A stretch of DNA of 64,000 nt from an uncultured Candidatus Binatia bacterium (GTDB lineage Bacteria; Desulfobacterota; Binatia; Bin18), in the NCBI GenBank assembly GCA_965214605.1, contig OZ243961.1, positions 3,360,001 through 3,424,000 of the forward strand. The letters are read 5' to 3'. Positions 10,398 to 19,221 of the stretch are shown piece after piece. The notes under the pieces are model-generated. The model saw only the letters and a list, made by a program, of their open reading frames with translations. It did no database searches and was not told where the DNA came from. Both the position numbers and the translations under genes were made by a program. The number at the start of each line of letters is the position of its first letter. Position 1 is the stretch's first letter.

Positions 10398-11552
10398 TCA
10401 CTCTGGGTGCGCCGCCGCCCGTACCCGCTCAACGATTCCGGGCAAGACGTCGAGGACTCGGTCAATGTCCTGCTCGGTGGTATCTTTGCCCAGGCTGAAA
10501 CGAATCGCACTCTTGGCCGCCCTCGCATCGCGGCCGAGGGCCAGCAGCACGTGCGAGGGTTCAACCGAGCCCGCGGCGCAGGCTGAACCAGTCGATACGG
10601 CAATGCCGGCAAGGTCAAGCCCCATCATCAATCCCTCTCCTGAGGCACCCGGAAATTCAAGGTTGAGGGTATTGGGAAGACATTCCCGGTGGGGCGTATT
10701 GCGGACCACGCCCGGTACGCTGTCCTGGATTCCGGTCCACAGAGTGGTGGTCAGTTCGATCAGACGAGCCGATACGGCCTCCAACTCATAATCGGCTCGG
10801 ACGGCCGCTACGCCAAAGCCAACCGCGGCAGCGACATTTTCCGTACCAGCTCGCCTTTCGCGCTCCTGTGGACCGCCCCGTAGGACGGGAGCCAGGGTCG
10901 TCCCTTTGCGCACGTAGAGCGCCCCAATGCCTTTTGGGCCGTAGATTTTATGGGCCGACAGAGAGACGAGATCTGCGCCCAACTCGTCCATATCCAGCGC
11001 CAACTTACCGGTTGCCTGGACCGCATCAACGTGCAGAACGACGCCCTGTTGGCGAGTCAGCCGACCGCAGGCTGCAATGGGTTGCAGCGTTCCTAGCTCA
11101 GGATTGGCCAGCCCGATACTCACCACAGCCGTGTCTGGACGTAGGGCCGCAGCCAAATCGTCAGCTCGTATCCGTCCCTGACCGTTGACCGGCAAAAGCG
11201 TCCGGCTGAAGCCCTCCCGCGTCAACGCCTGGACGGTTTCAAGAATCGAAGAATGCTCGACCGGGGTGGTAATGATATGGGTCTTGGACCAGCTCTGGGC
11301 ACGCACCGCCCCACACAGCGCAAGGTTATTGCTCTCGGTGCCCCCGCTGGTAAATATTACCTCGGCCGGCTTGGCCCGGATGCAAGCCGCAAGGTGCTCC
11401 CGCGCTTCTTCCAACCCTTGCTTGGCACGACGTCCCGTCCGATGCGTGCTGGACGGATTGCCAAAGTGGGTGTGCAGGTAGGGCAGCATGGCCTCAAGCA
11501 CTTCTGGCCGCAGCGGCGTGGTGGCGTTATGGTCCAAGTAGATCTGGTGCAT
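10398..11552 (-). CDS. iscS: Cysteine desulfurase (IscS/NifS type)
   Basis: YLDHNATT, FTSGGTESNN, SAHKIYGPKG, STGSACAAGS. Confidence 0.93.
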   Translation of the reverse strand: MHQIYLDHNATTPLRPEVLEAMLPYLHTHFGNPSSTHRTGRRAKQGLEEAREHLAACIRAKPAEVIFTSGGTESNNLALCGAVRAQSWSKTHIITTPVEHSSILETVQALTREGFSRTLLPVNGQGRIRADDLAAALRPDTAVVSIGLANPELGTLQPIAACGRLTRQQGVVLHVDAVQATGKLALDMDELGADLVSLSAHKIYGPKGIGALYVRKGTTLAPVLRGGPQERERRAGTENVAAAVGFGVAAVRADYELEAVSARLIELTTTLWTGIQDSVPGVVRNTPHRECLPNTLNLEFPGASGEGLMMGLDLAGIAVSTGSACAAGSVEPSHVLLALGRDARAAKSAIRFSLGKDTTEQDIDRVLDVLPGIVERVRAAAHPE

Positions 11553-11558
11553 AGGTGC

Positions 11559-12209
11559 TTATTCGGACTCCCAGCCGTGCTCACCGCGAAGTTTAACAAA
11601 CCGGCACTCGCCCCAATACTCTTCGCGTATACTGTCAGGCTCTTTCCAGACACACACCAGAGTTTGGAGGTCTTGCTCCCCTATGGGGACAACGAGACGT
11701 CCGCCTAGCCGAAGTTGATCGAGCAACGGACGGGGGAGGCCCGGAGCGGCTGCGCCAATCACTGTCGCGTCAAACGGGGCATGCTCCGGCCAGCCTAGGC
11801 TGCCGTCCCCAATGTGGGCTTTCACGTTGTGATAACCGAGGTCGTGTAGGGTTTGCTGGGCTCGGACTGCCAGGCTGGGGATGATTTCCACCGAATACAC
11901 CTCAGCGCCCTGTTCGGCCAGGATTGCGGTTAGGTAGCCGGAACCGGTACCGATTTCAAGCACCTGTTCGTCCGGGGCTAATTTCAACACCGCGGCCATA
12001 TGGGCGATCATATACGGTTGGGAGATCGTCTGGCCTTCTCCTATGGACAGTGGATGATCGTCATACGCCTGATCCCGTAGAGCTTCCTCAACAAACAGAT
12101 GACGTGGCACCCGCCGCATAGCGGCCAAGACTAGCGGGTCGTTCAGCCCTCGCTCAATCAGCTGCTCCTGGACCATCCGATGACGGGCGCGGGTGTAGTC
12201 TAGGGCCAT
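11559..12209 (-). CDS. pcm: Protein-L-isoaspartate O-methyltransferase
   Basis: VPRHLFV, GQTISQPY, VLEIGTGSGY, FVKL. Confidence 0.95.
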   Translation of the reverse strand: MALDYTRARHRMVQEQLIERGLNDPLVLAAMRRVPRHLFVEEALRDQAYDDHPLSIGEGQTISQPYMIAHMAAVLKLAPDEQVLEIGTGSGYLTAILAEQGAEVYSVEIIPSLAVRAQQTLHDLGYHNVKAHIGDGSLGWPEHAPFDATVIGAAAPGLPRPLLDQLRLGGRLVVPIGEQDLQTLVCVWKEPDSIREEYWGECRFVKLRGEHGWESE

Positions 12210-12952
12210 GGCAGTTGCGTGTCCCGCATGATTTGCAAAGCCTGATAGTTGGTCAGATCAACCTGGAGCGGAGTGACAGAGATATAGCCCTCGTTGATAG
12301 CAATACAGTCGCTCCCCTCCTCCGGGTCAAAGCCGAGGTCATCACCGCCGATCCAGTAGTAGTGTTTACCCCGCGGATTGGGACAGATCTCGATTTGCTC
12401 TCCATAGCGACGTTTCCCCTGATGGGTGAAGCGGTAGCCTTTGAGTCTGAGCCGGTCCAGGTTTGGGACGTTCACATTCAGCAGGGTTTTGGCTGGCAGG
12501 CCGTGGCTCGCGATGTAGGCGGCGAGGCTGGCGGCAAATTCGGCGGCCGGGCCAAAGCGGTAGTCGGTATGCATGCCGACGACTGACACGGCAAACGACG
12601 CAATGCCCAACAGCGCCCCCTCAATGGCCGCTGCTACCGTTCCTGAATAGGTAATATCGTCGCCAAGATTCGGACCTTTATTAATCCCCGACACCACCAT
12701 GTCCGGCCGGACTGGTAAAAAGCCTTTGACCGCCAGATTCACACAATCGGTCGGCGTGCCGTTGACCGCAAAGCGGCGTGGGGCGATTTCGTCAATACGG
12801 AGCGGGCGGTGTAGGGTCAGGGCGTGGCTGATCGCATTCCGCTCCCGGTCGGGCGCCACAGTATACACCTCGCCGACGGTCTTGAGCGTCTCTTCCAGGG
12901 CCTGAATTCCCTCAGAGTGAATGCCATCATCGTTGGAGACTAGGATGCGCAT
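12200..12952 (-). CDS. surE: 5'/3'-nucleotidase SurE
   Basis: ILVSNDDG, NGTPTDCV, SGINKGPNLG, YSGTV; classic surE-pcm pair. Confidence 0.96.
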   Translation of the reverse strand: MRILVSNDDGIHSEGIQALEETLKTVGEVYTVAPDRERNAISHALTLHRPLRIDEIAPRRFAVNGTPTDCVNLAVKGFLPVRPDMVVSGINKGPNLGDDITYSGTVAAAIEGALLGIASFAVSVVGMHTDYRFGPAAEFAASLAAYIASHGLPAKTLLNVNVPNLDRLRLKGYRFTHQGKRRYGEQIEICPNPRGKHYYWIGGDDLGFDPEEGSDCIAINEGYISVTPLQVDLTNYQALQIMRDTQLPWP

Positions 12953-12976
12953 GGCTTCATTTCAGCAGAAAGCCGG

Positions 12977-13013
12977 AAAAAAGAAAAGGCGATTGGTCCA
13001 GCCAACCGCCTTT
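12977..13013 (-). terminator. Rho-independent terminator after tRNA-Pro
   Basis: Minus strand reads AAAGGCGGTTGG-CTGGA-CCAATCGCCTTTT followed by CTTTTTT. Confidence 0.75.
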
Positions 13014-13022
13014 CGGGAGACA

Positions 13023-13096
13023 TCGGGGTGAGCCGATTTGAACGGCCGACCACTCGCACCCCAAGCGAGTGCGCTACCAGGCTGCGCCACACCCCG
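13023..13096 (-). tRNA. tRNA-Pro(GGG)
   Basis: Reverse complement CGGGGTGTGGCGCAGCCTGGTAGCGCACTCGCTTGGGGTGCGAGTGGTCGGCCGTTCAAATCGGCTCACCCCGA forms a cloverleaf; CCA is not encoded. Confidence 0.95.
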
Positions 13097-13708
13097 CTAT
13101 GTGTGTTTGTCATATCCCCGGTGAGGCAAAGGGGTCAAGGGCCTTGTCTGGCCTAGACCGCCAAAAGGCCCCGGCCATTCTCCCTCGCCTGACCCGCAGG
13201 TGTGTCATTTCTGTGCAGAGGCAGGCGGTTTTGACCTCTCGGCGGACAGCTTCGGCAATGAGTGCCCAAGCGTTCACGGAGATCGTACGGGCACAGCCAA
13301 CCGTCTTCAACGACTCAGGCCAAGGTTTTGCCGGACAAGCGGGGGCCACTGCGTGAAGTATGGGCGTCGCCTTGCAAACGAAATCTGTACAAAGGAAGTA
13401 TGCTGACACGACAAATCGGCATAGATAGCTGGCTTGTTGCGCTTAATCCCCCCCTTTGGTGTGGCGGGAGGGCGGCTGAGGCTTTTTGCTCGACAGGGCA
13501 CCAGCGCTCCGACGGCGCTTCTTTTCGAAACCGTGGAGATAGCAGCAAGGGATTGCCGCTCGCCCTCGGGGTTGCGTTGGTAGACATCCGGGGTTTCGGT
13601 TTTGTCGCTTGATTAAGGGAAGCAAGGCCATGGTGCTGTACAAATATCGGGAAACTGGCGGGAGCCTGTTCGTTGCCGGGAAGAAGACACCGACCGATAT
13701 TGATTTCC

Positions 13709-13737
13709 TTGACCCTCACTCAGTGACCAAATATAGG
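13709..13737 (+). promoter_or_regulatory. Putative sigma70 promoter
   Basis: TTGACC-N17-TATAGG directly upstream of a GGA-rich tract. Confidence 0.55.
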
Positions 13738-13740
13738 GAG

Positions 13741-13992
13741 AGGAAAGACCAGGATGAGGAGGGACACTAGAGACAATCAAGGAGGGACCCCTAATGGACA
13801 ACCCGCTGGAGGAGTCATCAGGCGGCACAAGACCTAGGAGGAATACGTCAAGTGCTGTTTGACATTTATCAACGAAAAATTGAGCATCTCGGTCGAGATG
13901 ACTAGTGAGTCTGCGGGAGCCAAAGACTCAGGATCGCACGAGGGGGGGTGAGGACGAAGTATCTCAGCTGACAAGCCAACAAGGAGAGAGAT
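13741..13992 (+). ncRNA. Candidate GGA-rich sRNA or structured 5' leader
   Basis: 11 GGA within 13742-13842, followed by hairpins CATCTC-GGTC-GAGATG and TGAGTCT-GCGGGAGCCAA-AGACTCA. Confidence 0.35.
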
Positions 13993-14364
13993 ATGCCACG
14001 CTACCGGGGCGGCTGCCACTGTGGTCGGGTACGATTTGAGCTCAGCGCCTGGATCGACGAGGTCATTGAGTGTAACTGTTCGATCTGCACGAAGAAGGGC
14101 TTTTTACACCTGATCGTTGAACCGGAGCAGGTTCACATGTTGAGCCCCACCAATGCGGTCAGCCTATATCAGTTCAACACCAAAACCGCCAAGCACTATT
14201 TTTGTCCAGTGTGTGGGATTAGCGCTTACTACATCCCCCGCTCACACCCGGACAAGATTGATGTCAACGTGCGCTGCCTAGAGGGCGTGGAGCTGGAAAA
14301 GCTGACGATTGTCCCGTTTAACGGCCGAGAGTGGGAAAAGAGCAGGGCTAGTCTTGATCGATAG
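13993..14364 (+). CDS. GFA/CENP-V family Zn-binding protein
   Basis: GGCHCG, CNCSIC, HYFCPVCG, VNVRCL; AAGGAG RBS. Confidence 0.92.
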   Translation: MPRYRGGCHCGRVRFELSAWIDEVIECNCSICTKKGFLHLIVEPEQVHMLSPTNAVSLYQFNTKTAKHYFCPVCGISAYYIPRSHPDKIDVNVRCLEGVELEKLTIVPFNGREWEKSRASLDR

Positions 14365-14374
14365 AGGGCCCCTC

Positions 14375-14590
14375 TTAGTCCAAATCGAGCGTAATAAACC
14401 GATACCCCAGCGACTTGCCGTGGGCGACTAGGCTGTTCCGAATGGTGGGCTTGAGCAGTTTCACCCGATCCTCAGCCGGTGCTTGGATACAGACTGTTTT
14501 GCCTTCAATGCGGACTTGATATAAGGGGAGCCCGAGCGAACGGAAGACCGCGGCCCAGGGGGCTGACGGGTTGGACGTCGTGTGCGCCAT
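14375..14590 (-). CDS. Small hypothetical protein resembling the LarE C-terminal subdomain
   Basis: VRIEGKTVCIQAP...LGYRFITLDLD resembles the LarE C-terminus (RVRxHGxxARIE...GFxYVTLDL). Confidence 0.55.
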   Translation of the reverse strand: MAHTTSNPSAPWAAVFRSLGLPLYQVRIEGKTVCIQAPAEDRVKLLKPTIRNSLVAHGKSLGYRFITLDLD

Positions 14591-14636
14591 AAGCCGTAAC
14601 TGTACTACAAAATCACATGCTGACAAAGGAGCATCT

Positions 14637-15290
14637 ATGGCAGAAGCCGGGGTGATCTTTGATCTCGACGGTGTGTTAATTGACTCCGAGGGCTTATACT
14701 ACCGGGCCTATAGTGAGGTCTTACAACCCTATGGCGTCACAATCAGCCAGGAAGAATACGAACAGCACTGGATTGCAACCGGCACTGGACCGGAGTATAT
14801 CGTCGCCAAACATGAGCTGGCGGTTTCTCCTGAGGAACTCCGTAAGCTGCGCTCGCCCATCTATTTAAGGTTGTTGGAGCAAGAAGTCCGGCTGATGCCG
14901 CACGTTGAGCAAGCCCTCGCCCGGCTGGCCTCGTATTTTGCCCTGACAGTGGCCACCAACAGCAATCGGGATGCCCTCGCCCTGATTCTCCAACGCTTTG
15001 GCATTGCCCGCTTTTTTCCGGTGACCGTCGCCCGCCAAGACTATACCGGCGCCAAACCTCTCCCTGATGCCTTTTTGACCGCAGCCCGTAAACTCGGGCT
15101 CGCGCCCACCCAGTGCGTGGTCGTGGAAGATACCTACAAAGGCGTGATGGCGGCGGTTAATGCCGGTATCGCCTGCATTGCCGTCCCCAATCAGTACACC
15201 CGACGAAACGACTTTAGCAAAGCCGACCTGCTCCTCTCAGACCTGGGAGAATTAAGCCCGGCCATCGTCCACACGCTCATCAACGGGTGA
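14637..15290 (+). CDS. HAD-superfamily phosphatase (beta-PGM/CbbY-like)
   Basis: FDLDGVLIDSE, ATNS, KPLPD, VEDT; AAGGAG RBS. Confidence 0.92.
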   Translation: MAEAGVIFDLDGVLIDSEGLYYRAYSEVLQPYGVTISQEEYEQHWIATGTGPEYIVAKHELAVSPEELRKLRSPIYLRLLEQEVRLMPHVEQALARLASYFALTVATNSNRDALALILQRFGIARFFPVTVARQDYTGAKPLPDAFLTAARKLGLAPTQCVVVEDTYKGVMAAVNAGIACIAVPNQYTRRNDFSKADLLLSDLGELSPAIVHTLING

Positions 15291-15412
15291 CTGATAGACG
15301 CCGGCGCAATGGCGTATTCTCTCTTCCCTCTGTGTCTCTTTTCCTCTATTCTGGGCTGCGCACGGCCAGGACGGGAAAAACGACTTGAGAACGCCAACAA
15401 GGAGAGGAAGAC

Positions 15413-16270
15413 ATGCCGGTAGAGTCACGCGATTGTTATGTTGAAGCAAACGGACTGAGGTTTCATTACCTCGACTGGGGAGACCCCGCCAATCCCCCGC
15501 TCGTCCTCCTCCACGGGGTGGGCCAAACCTGTCATACCTGGGACTTATTCGCAGCCGCGATGTCCTCCCACTTTCACCTTATGGCCTTTGACCAACGTGG
15601 CCACGGCGATACCGACTGGGCTGCCGATAAAGACTACTCGCGCCAAAGCATGGTCAAAGATGTTGGAGCGTTTACCACCGCACTTGGTCTGGAGCGCTTT
15701 TTTCTTACCGGGATGTCAATGGGCGGAGCGAACTCCCTGTCCTTTACCGCCAAGAATCCGGACCGGGTTGAAGCTCTGGTCGTGGTTGATGTTGGCCCGC
15801 GGGTCGAGAACAAAGGCGTGCAAAATATCCGCAACTTTATGAGGGATTTCCGTGAGTTTGATTCCCTGGATGAAGCCGCGGCGGTCATCCACAAGTTCAA
15901 CCCCCGGCGTCCTTTAGAGGTCATCCGCAAATATACCGTGGTCTACAACCTCAAGCAGCTGCCCAGCGGCAAGTGGACCTGGAAATACGACACCTATTTC
16001 AGTGAGGGGCACAGCCGGATCGATGTCAAGCAGATGCAGGAGGAGCTGTCCGAAGAAGTTAAAAAGATCACCTGTCCGACGCTGTTGGTCAAAGGCGCGG
16101 AAAGTGACGTGCTGTCGCTGGAGGGCGCCCGTCTGCTCCAATCCGCCATTCCGGACTCGGAGTTTGCGCTAGTCGCTGGCGCGGGCCATTCGGTGATGGG
16201 CGATAATCCGCCTGGGTTTGAGGGAGCGGTGCGGGAGTTTTACCTCAACAAGGGCTATCTCACAGCCTAA
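15413..16270 (+). CDS. Alpha/beta-fold hydrolase
   Basis: LLHG, DQRGHG, GMSMGG nucleophile elbow, AGHSV. Confidence 0.92.
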   Translation: MPVESRDCYVEANGLRFHYLDWGDPANPPLVLLHGVGQTCHTWDLFAAAMSSHFHLMAFDQRGHGDTDWAADKDYSRQSMVKDVGAFTTALGLERFFLTGMSMGGANSLSFTAKNPDRVEALVVVDVGPRVENKGVQNIRNFMRDFREFDSLDEAAAVIHKFNPRRPLEVIRKYTVVYNLKQLPSGKWTWKYDTYFSEGHSRIDVKQMQEELSEEVKKITCPTLLVKGAESDVLSLEGARLLQSAIPDSEFALVAGAGHSVMGDNPPGFEGAVREFYLNKGYLTA

Positions 16271-16313
16271 AATCACCAGGGCACGGCTGTGTTTCTTTCC
16301 AGAAAGGTGTGTG

Positions 16314-17105
16314 ATGGAGCTTGGACTACAAGATAAAGTCGTCATCGTCGGCGGGGGCAGCAAAGGCATTGGAAGGGCGACTGCTTTAAGATTTGCCCGT
16401 GAAGGAGCCAGGGTCACTCTTGCTGCCCGCAATCCCGACCAGCTGAACAGTGCCGCCCAAGAGATTCGTCAGGACACCGGCGCGGAGATCCTGGCCGTGC
16501 CGGGTGACCTCTCACAGGCTGAGGCAACCGAGCGGGTGGTGGATGAGACGCTGGCCCAATTTGGTACCGTGCACGTGCTGGTCGCCAATACTGGCGGTCC
16601 GCCAATGGGCGGTTTTGACAATATGGATGACGCGGCCTGGGAGCAAGCGTTTGCTCTTAACTTTCTTAGCACAGTCCGGTTAATGCGACGGGTCCTGCCG
16701 TATATGAAAAAGCAGAACTGGGGCCGCCTGTTATCCGTGATGTCGATGTCGGTCAAAGAGCCAATTGATGGCTTGATTCTGTCAAACGGCGTTCGTCCAG
16801 CAGTTGTCGGTATGGCCAAGACCCTGTCACGCGAGGTTGGCAAGCATAATATCACCGTTAATACGGTCCTGCCGGGCCTGATTCTGACCGATCGTTTACG
16901 CAGCGGCATCGCCGCCCGGGCCGAGCGAACCGGCCAGTCGTTTGATCAGGCATTGCAAGCCAGTGCCGCCACTATTCCCCTAGGACGGGTTGGTGATCCC
17001 CAAGAGATGGCCAACGTCATCGTCTTTCTGGCCTCTGAAGCGGCGAGTTACGTGAACGGGGCTAGTATTCAGGTTGACGGCGGGGTGGTTCGCGGACTGC
17101 TCTAG
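16314..17105 (+). CDS. SDR family oxidoreductase
   Basis: GGGSKGIG, NTGGPP, SNGVR, VDGG. Confidence 0.9.
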   Translation: MELGLQDKVVIVGGGSKGIGRATALRFAREGARVTLAARNPDQLNSAAQEIRQDTGAEILAVPGDLSQAEATERVVDETLAQFGTVHVLVANTGGPPMGGFDNMDDAAWEQAFALNFLSTVRLMRRVLPYMKKQNWGRLLSVMSMSVKEPIDGLILSNGVRPAVVGMAKTLSREVGKHNITVNTVLPGLILTDRLRSGIAARAERTGQSFDQALQASAATIPLGRVGDPQEMANVIVFLASEAASYVNGASIQVDGGVVRGLL

Positions 17106-17118
17106 AGGCTTGTTCTCT

Positions 17119-17889
17119 ATGGACGCCATTCTCTCGGCCGCGATCGAGGCGGCCAAAGCCGGTGGTGAGATCGCCCAACACTATTTTTGTACAAACCTCA
17201 GCGTCGAAACTAAGGCCGATCGCACGCCAGTAACTCGCGCTGACCGTGAGTGTGAGGCGTGCATTACCACAATGTTGAGTCAACGCTTTCCAGATCACGG
17301 CTTCCTGGGCGAGGAGCTAGGGGAGCGACCGGGCAAGGGCGAAGCCCGTTGGATCATCGATCCGATCGACGGCACCAAGAACTTCATTCGCGGCATTCCG
17401 TTTTTCGCCGTCCTCATTGCCCTGGAAGAAGCCGCAGAGATTACGGCTGGGGTGATGTATGCGCCGGCGCTCGGTGAGCTGCTCTACGCACGAAAAGGCC
17501 AGGGGACGTTTGCCAATGACCGGCGGGTTCAGGTCTCCGATATCGAACAGTTGGACCGGGCGATGCTCATCCACGGCGGCTTGAATGATCTGAGAGCCCG
17601 CCCTTGCTGGACGGCTTTTTTATCGTTGGTGGATGGGAGCGCTCGCCAGCGCGGGTTTGGCGATGCCCTTGGCCACAGTCTGGTGATTTGCGGCCAAGCC
17701 GAGATCATGCTTGAGCCAGAGATCAAACCCTGGGATGTGGCGCCGACCAAGATTCTTATCACCGAGGCGGGGGGGCGCTATTCTGACTTTACCGGCAGTC
17801 CTTCAATTTATACAGGCACGGCGGTTATTTCGAATGGACGGGTCCACGACGCTGTCCTCGCCACGCTGCAAGGAAAAGGGGGAGCATAA
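17119..17889 (+). CDS. hisN: Inositol monophosphatase family, probable histidinol-phosphate phosphatase
   Basis: PVTRADRE, GEE, WIIDPIDGTKNF, RGFGD, PWDVA. Confidence 0.75.
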   Translation: MDAILSAAIEAAKAGGEIAQHYFCTNLSVETKADRTPVTRADRECEACITTMLSQRFPDHGFLGEELGERPGKGEARWIIDPIDGTKNFIRGIPFFAVLIALEEAAEITAGVMYAPALGELLYARKGQGTFANDRRVQVSDIEQLDRAMLIHGGLNDLRARPCWTAFLSLVDGSARQRGFGDALGHSLVICGQAEIMLEPEIKPWDVAPTKILITEAGGRYSDFTGSPSIYTGTAVISNGRVHDAVLATLQGKGGA

Positions 17890-17891
17890 GC

Positions 17892-18509
17892 ATGGATACT
17901 CCAATTGCAATCATCGAATTTTCTGACTATCTGTGACCGTGGTGTTATCCAGCGGCCGTGCGCCTGCAAAAGATCAAACAGCACTACGGTGATCAGGTCA
18001 GCATCAAGTGGCACCCGTTTGCACTCCGTCCGCAGTACGACCCCCGGCCGTTTCAGTTCAGCGGGAGCTCTGTCGAAAATGCTTGGAAGCGCGCCTCGTC
18101 CTTGGCCGAAAACTTATCCTACACCATGTGGCCGCACGAGGAGTTTCCGCGTTGGAGTATGCCGGGCTTGGAGGCTGGTGTGGCCGCCCAGCGTCAGGGC
18201 GAGGACCTCTTTCTCAACTTTCACATCGAGCTGTTTCGAGCCTTTTTCATTGACAGCAAAAGTCTTATCGACAAAGATAACCTAGTGGCGGTGGCACGAG
18301 TCTGCGGTCTGGATATGACCGCCTTCCTGCGCGACATTGAGGACAAAGCGTTTCAGGAGACGGTGCGCCGGCAGTGCATTGAGGCGATTGATACCTACCT
18401 GATCAGCGCAGTGCCAACGGTCATCATGGGCGGCAAAAAGCGCCAGATCGGCATGGTGCCGGCCGAAGCCTACTGGCAGGACTTGGCCGACCTTGGGCTA
18501 GAAAGGTAG
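17892..18509 (+). CDS. DsbA/FrnE-family thioredoxin-fold selenoprotein (Sec at TGA 17934-17936, UPWC motif)
   Basis: GGAG RBS, then ATG 17892 giving MDTPIAIIEFSDYL-TGA-PWCYPAAVRL. This is in frame with the track ORF starting at 17958. cis-Pro motif AVPT. Confidence 0.85.
17937..17968 (+). promoter_or_regulatory. Putative bacterial SECIS element
   Basis: GC-GGC-CGTGC-GCC-T-GC stem-loop (about 17952-17967) with a G-containing apical loop about 20 nt after the TGA. Confidence 0.5.
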
Positions 18510-18998
18510 CCATGGATACGGCATTGACGATGAACAGTTTCTGGGAGCCACCCTAGGTGGGCTGGACGGATACCGTGGTAGAGCCTGCGGCTGCTGGAAA
18601 CCGGTAGCCTAGGGGCTGTGTCAGATGCGCGTCTCGTCTCAGGATCGCAGCACTGGAGGCGATAGCCGAGAGACACAGTGCGCTCGGAGGGAAACTCTGA
18701 CGCTACAGGACATGAGAGCGCCGCCTGGGCCTGTGGAAATGGACTCTGCAACAGCCATTTTCGCAACAAACTCCGCCTCTCCGCAAAGATGGGAAAGGCT
18801 CCCAACAAATCCTGTTCGTGTTGGAACGCTTTGGCGGGTATCTTCTTGAATCGGAATACATAGGCAAAGGCTGTCTCAGGCCTTCCCAAGGCTGTCCCCG
18901 TGAAGGGGCGATTTCAGAAAACAGGGATGTTGTGACTATGTATTGGCCACTGATATGAGGAGCGGCCCCACAGAAGTCACACGGCTCTCTCTGTCACA

Positions 18999-19020
18999 GG
19001 CGACCCGGCGCCGGGTCGCC
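18999..19020. repeat. Perfect 22-bp palindrome (REP-like)
   Basis: GGCGACCCGGC|GCCGGGTCGCC in a gap between convergent genes. Confidence 0.7.
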
Positions 19021-19221
19021 CATGTCAAGGAGGTTCGCCAGGTACTCTTGCGGATAAGAAGTGAGGGGCAAAGGTTGAGACGCCTCCCTCTGGCAATGGC
19101 TCGATGTTTGCCCGTCATATCTGAGCCGAACCGCTCCGTCTGTGGGGCTGAGGAGTCCGTCAGGGCGGTATCCGGAGTGGGTGTGGTCTTGGGCAGCCGT
19201 GTGGTGATAGATCGAACATGA

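Noticed and set aside
13361-13376. Possible sigma54 promoter TGG-N8-TTGCA
   Set aside because: The spacing fits, but the CAC core is missing and no gene lies close downstream.
13739-13752. GAGGAAAGACC resembling the RNase P RNA GAGGAAAGUCC motif
   Set aside because: There is a mismatch in the core, and I found no matching 3' conserved segment or P4 pairing.
13069-13828. Several 60-130 aa ORFs in the tRNA-Pro to GFA gap
   Set aside because: They overlap the tRNA or each other, and show no motifs or convincing RBS.
17958-18509. Track ORF as a complete 183-aa protein
   Set aside because: It lacks the redox motif. The true start is probably 17892, with TGA recoding.
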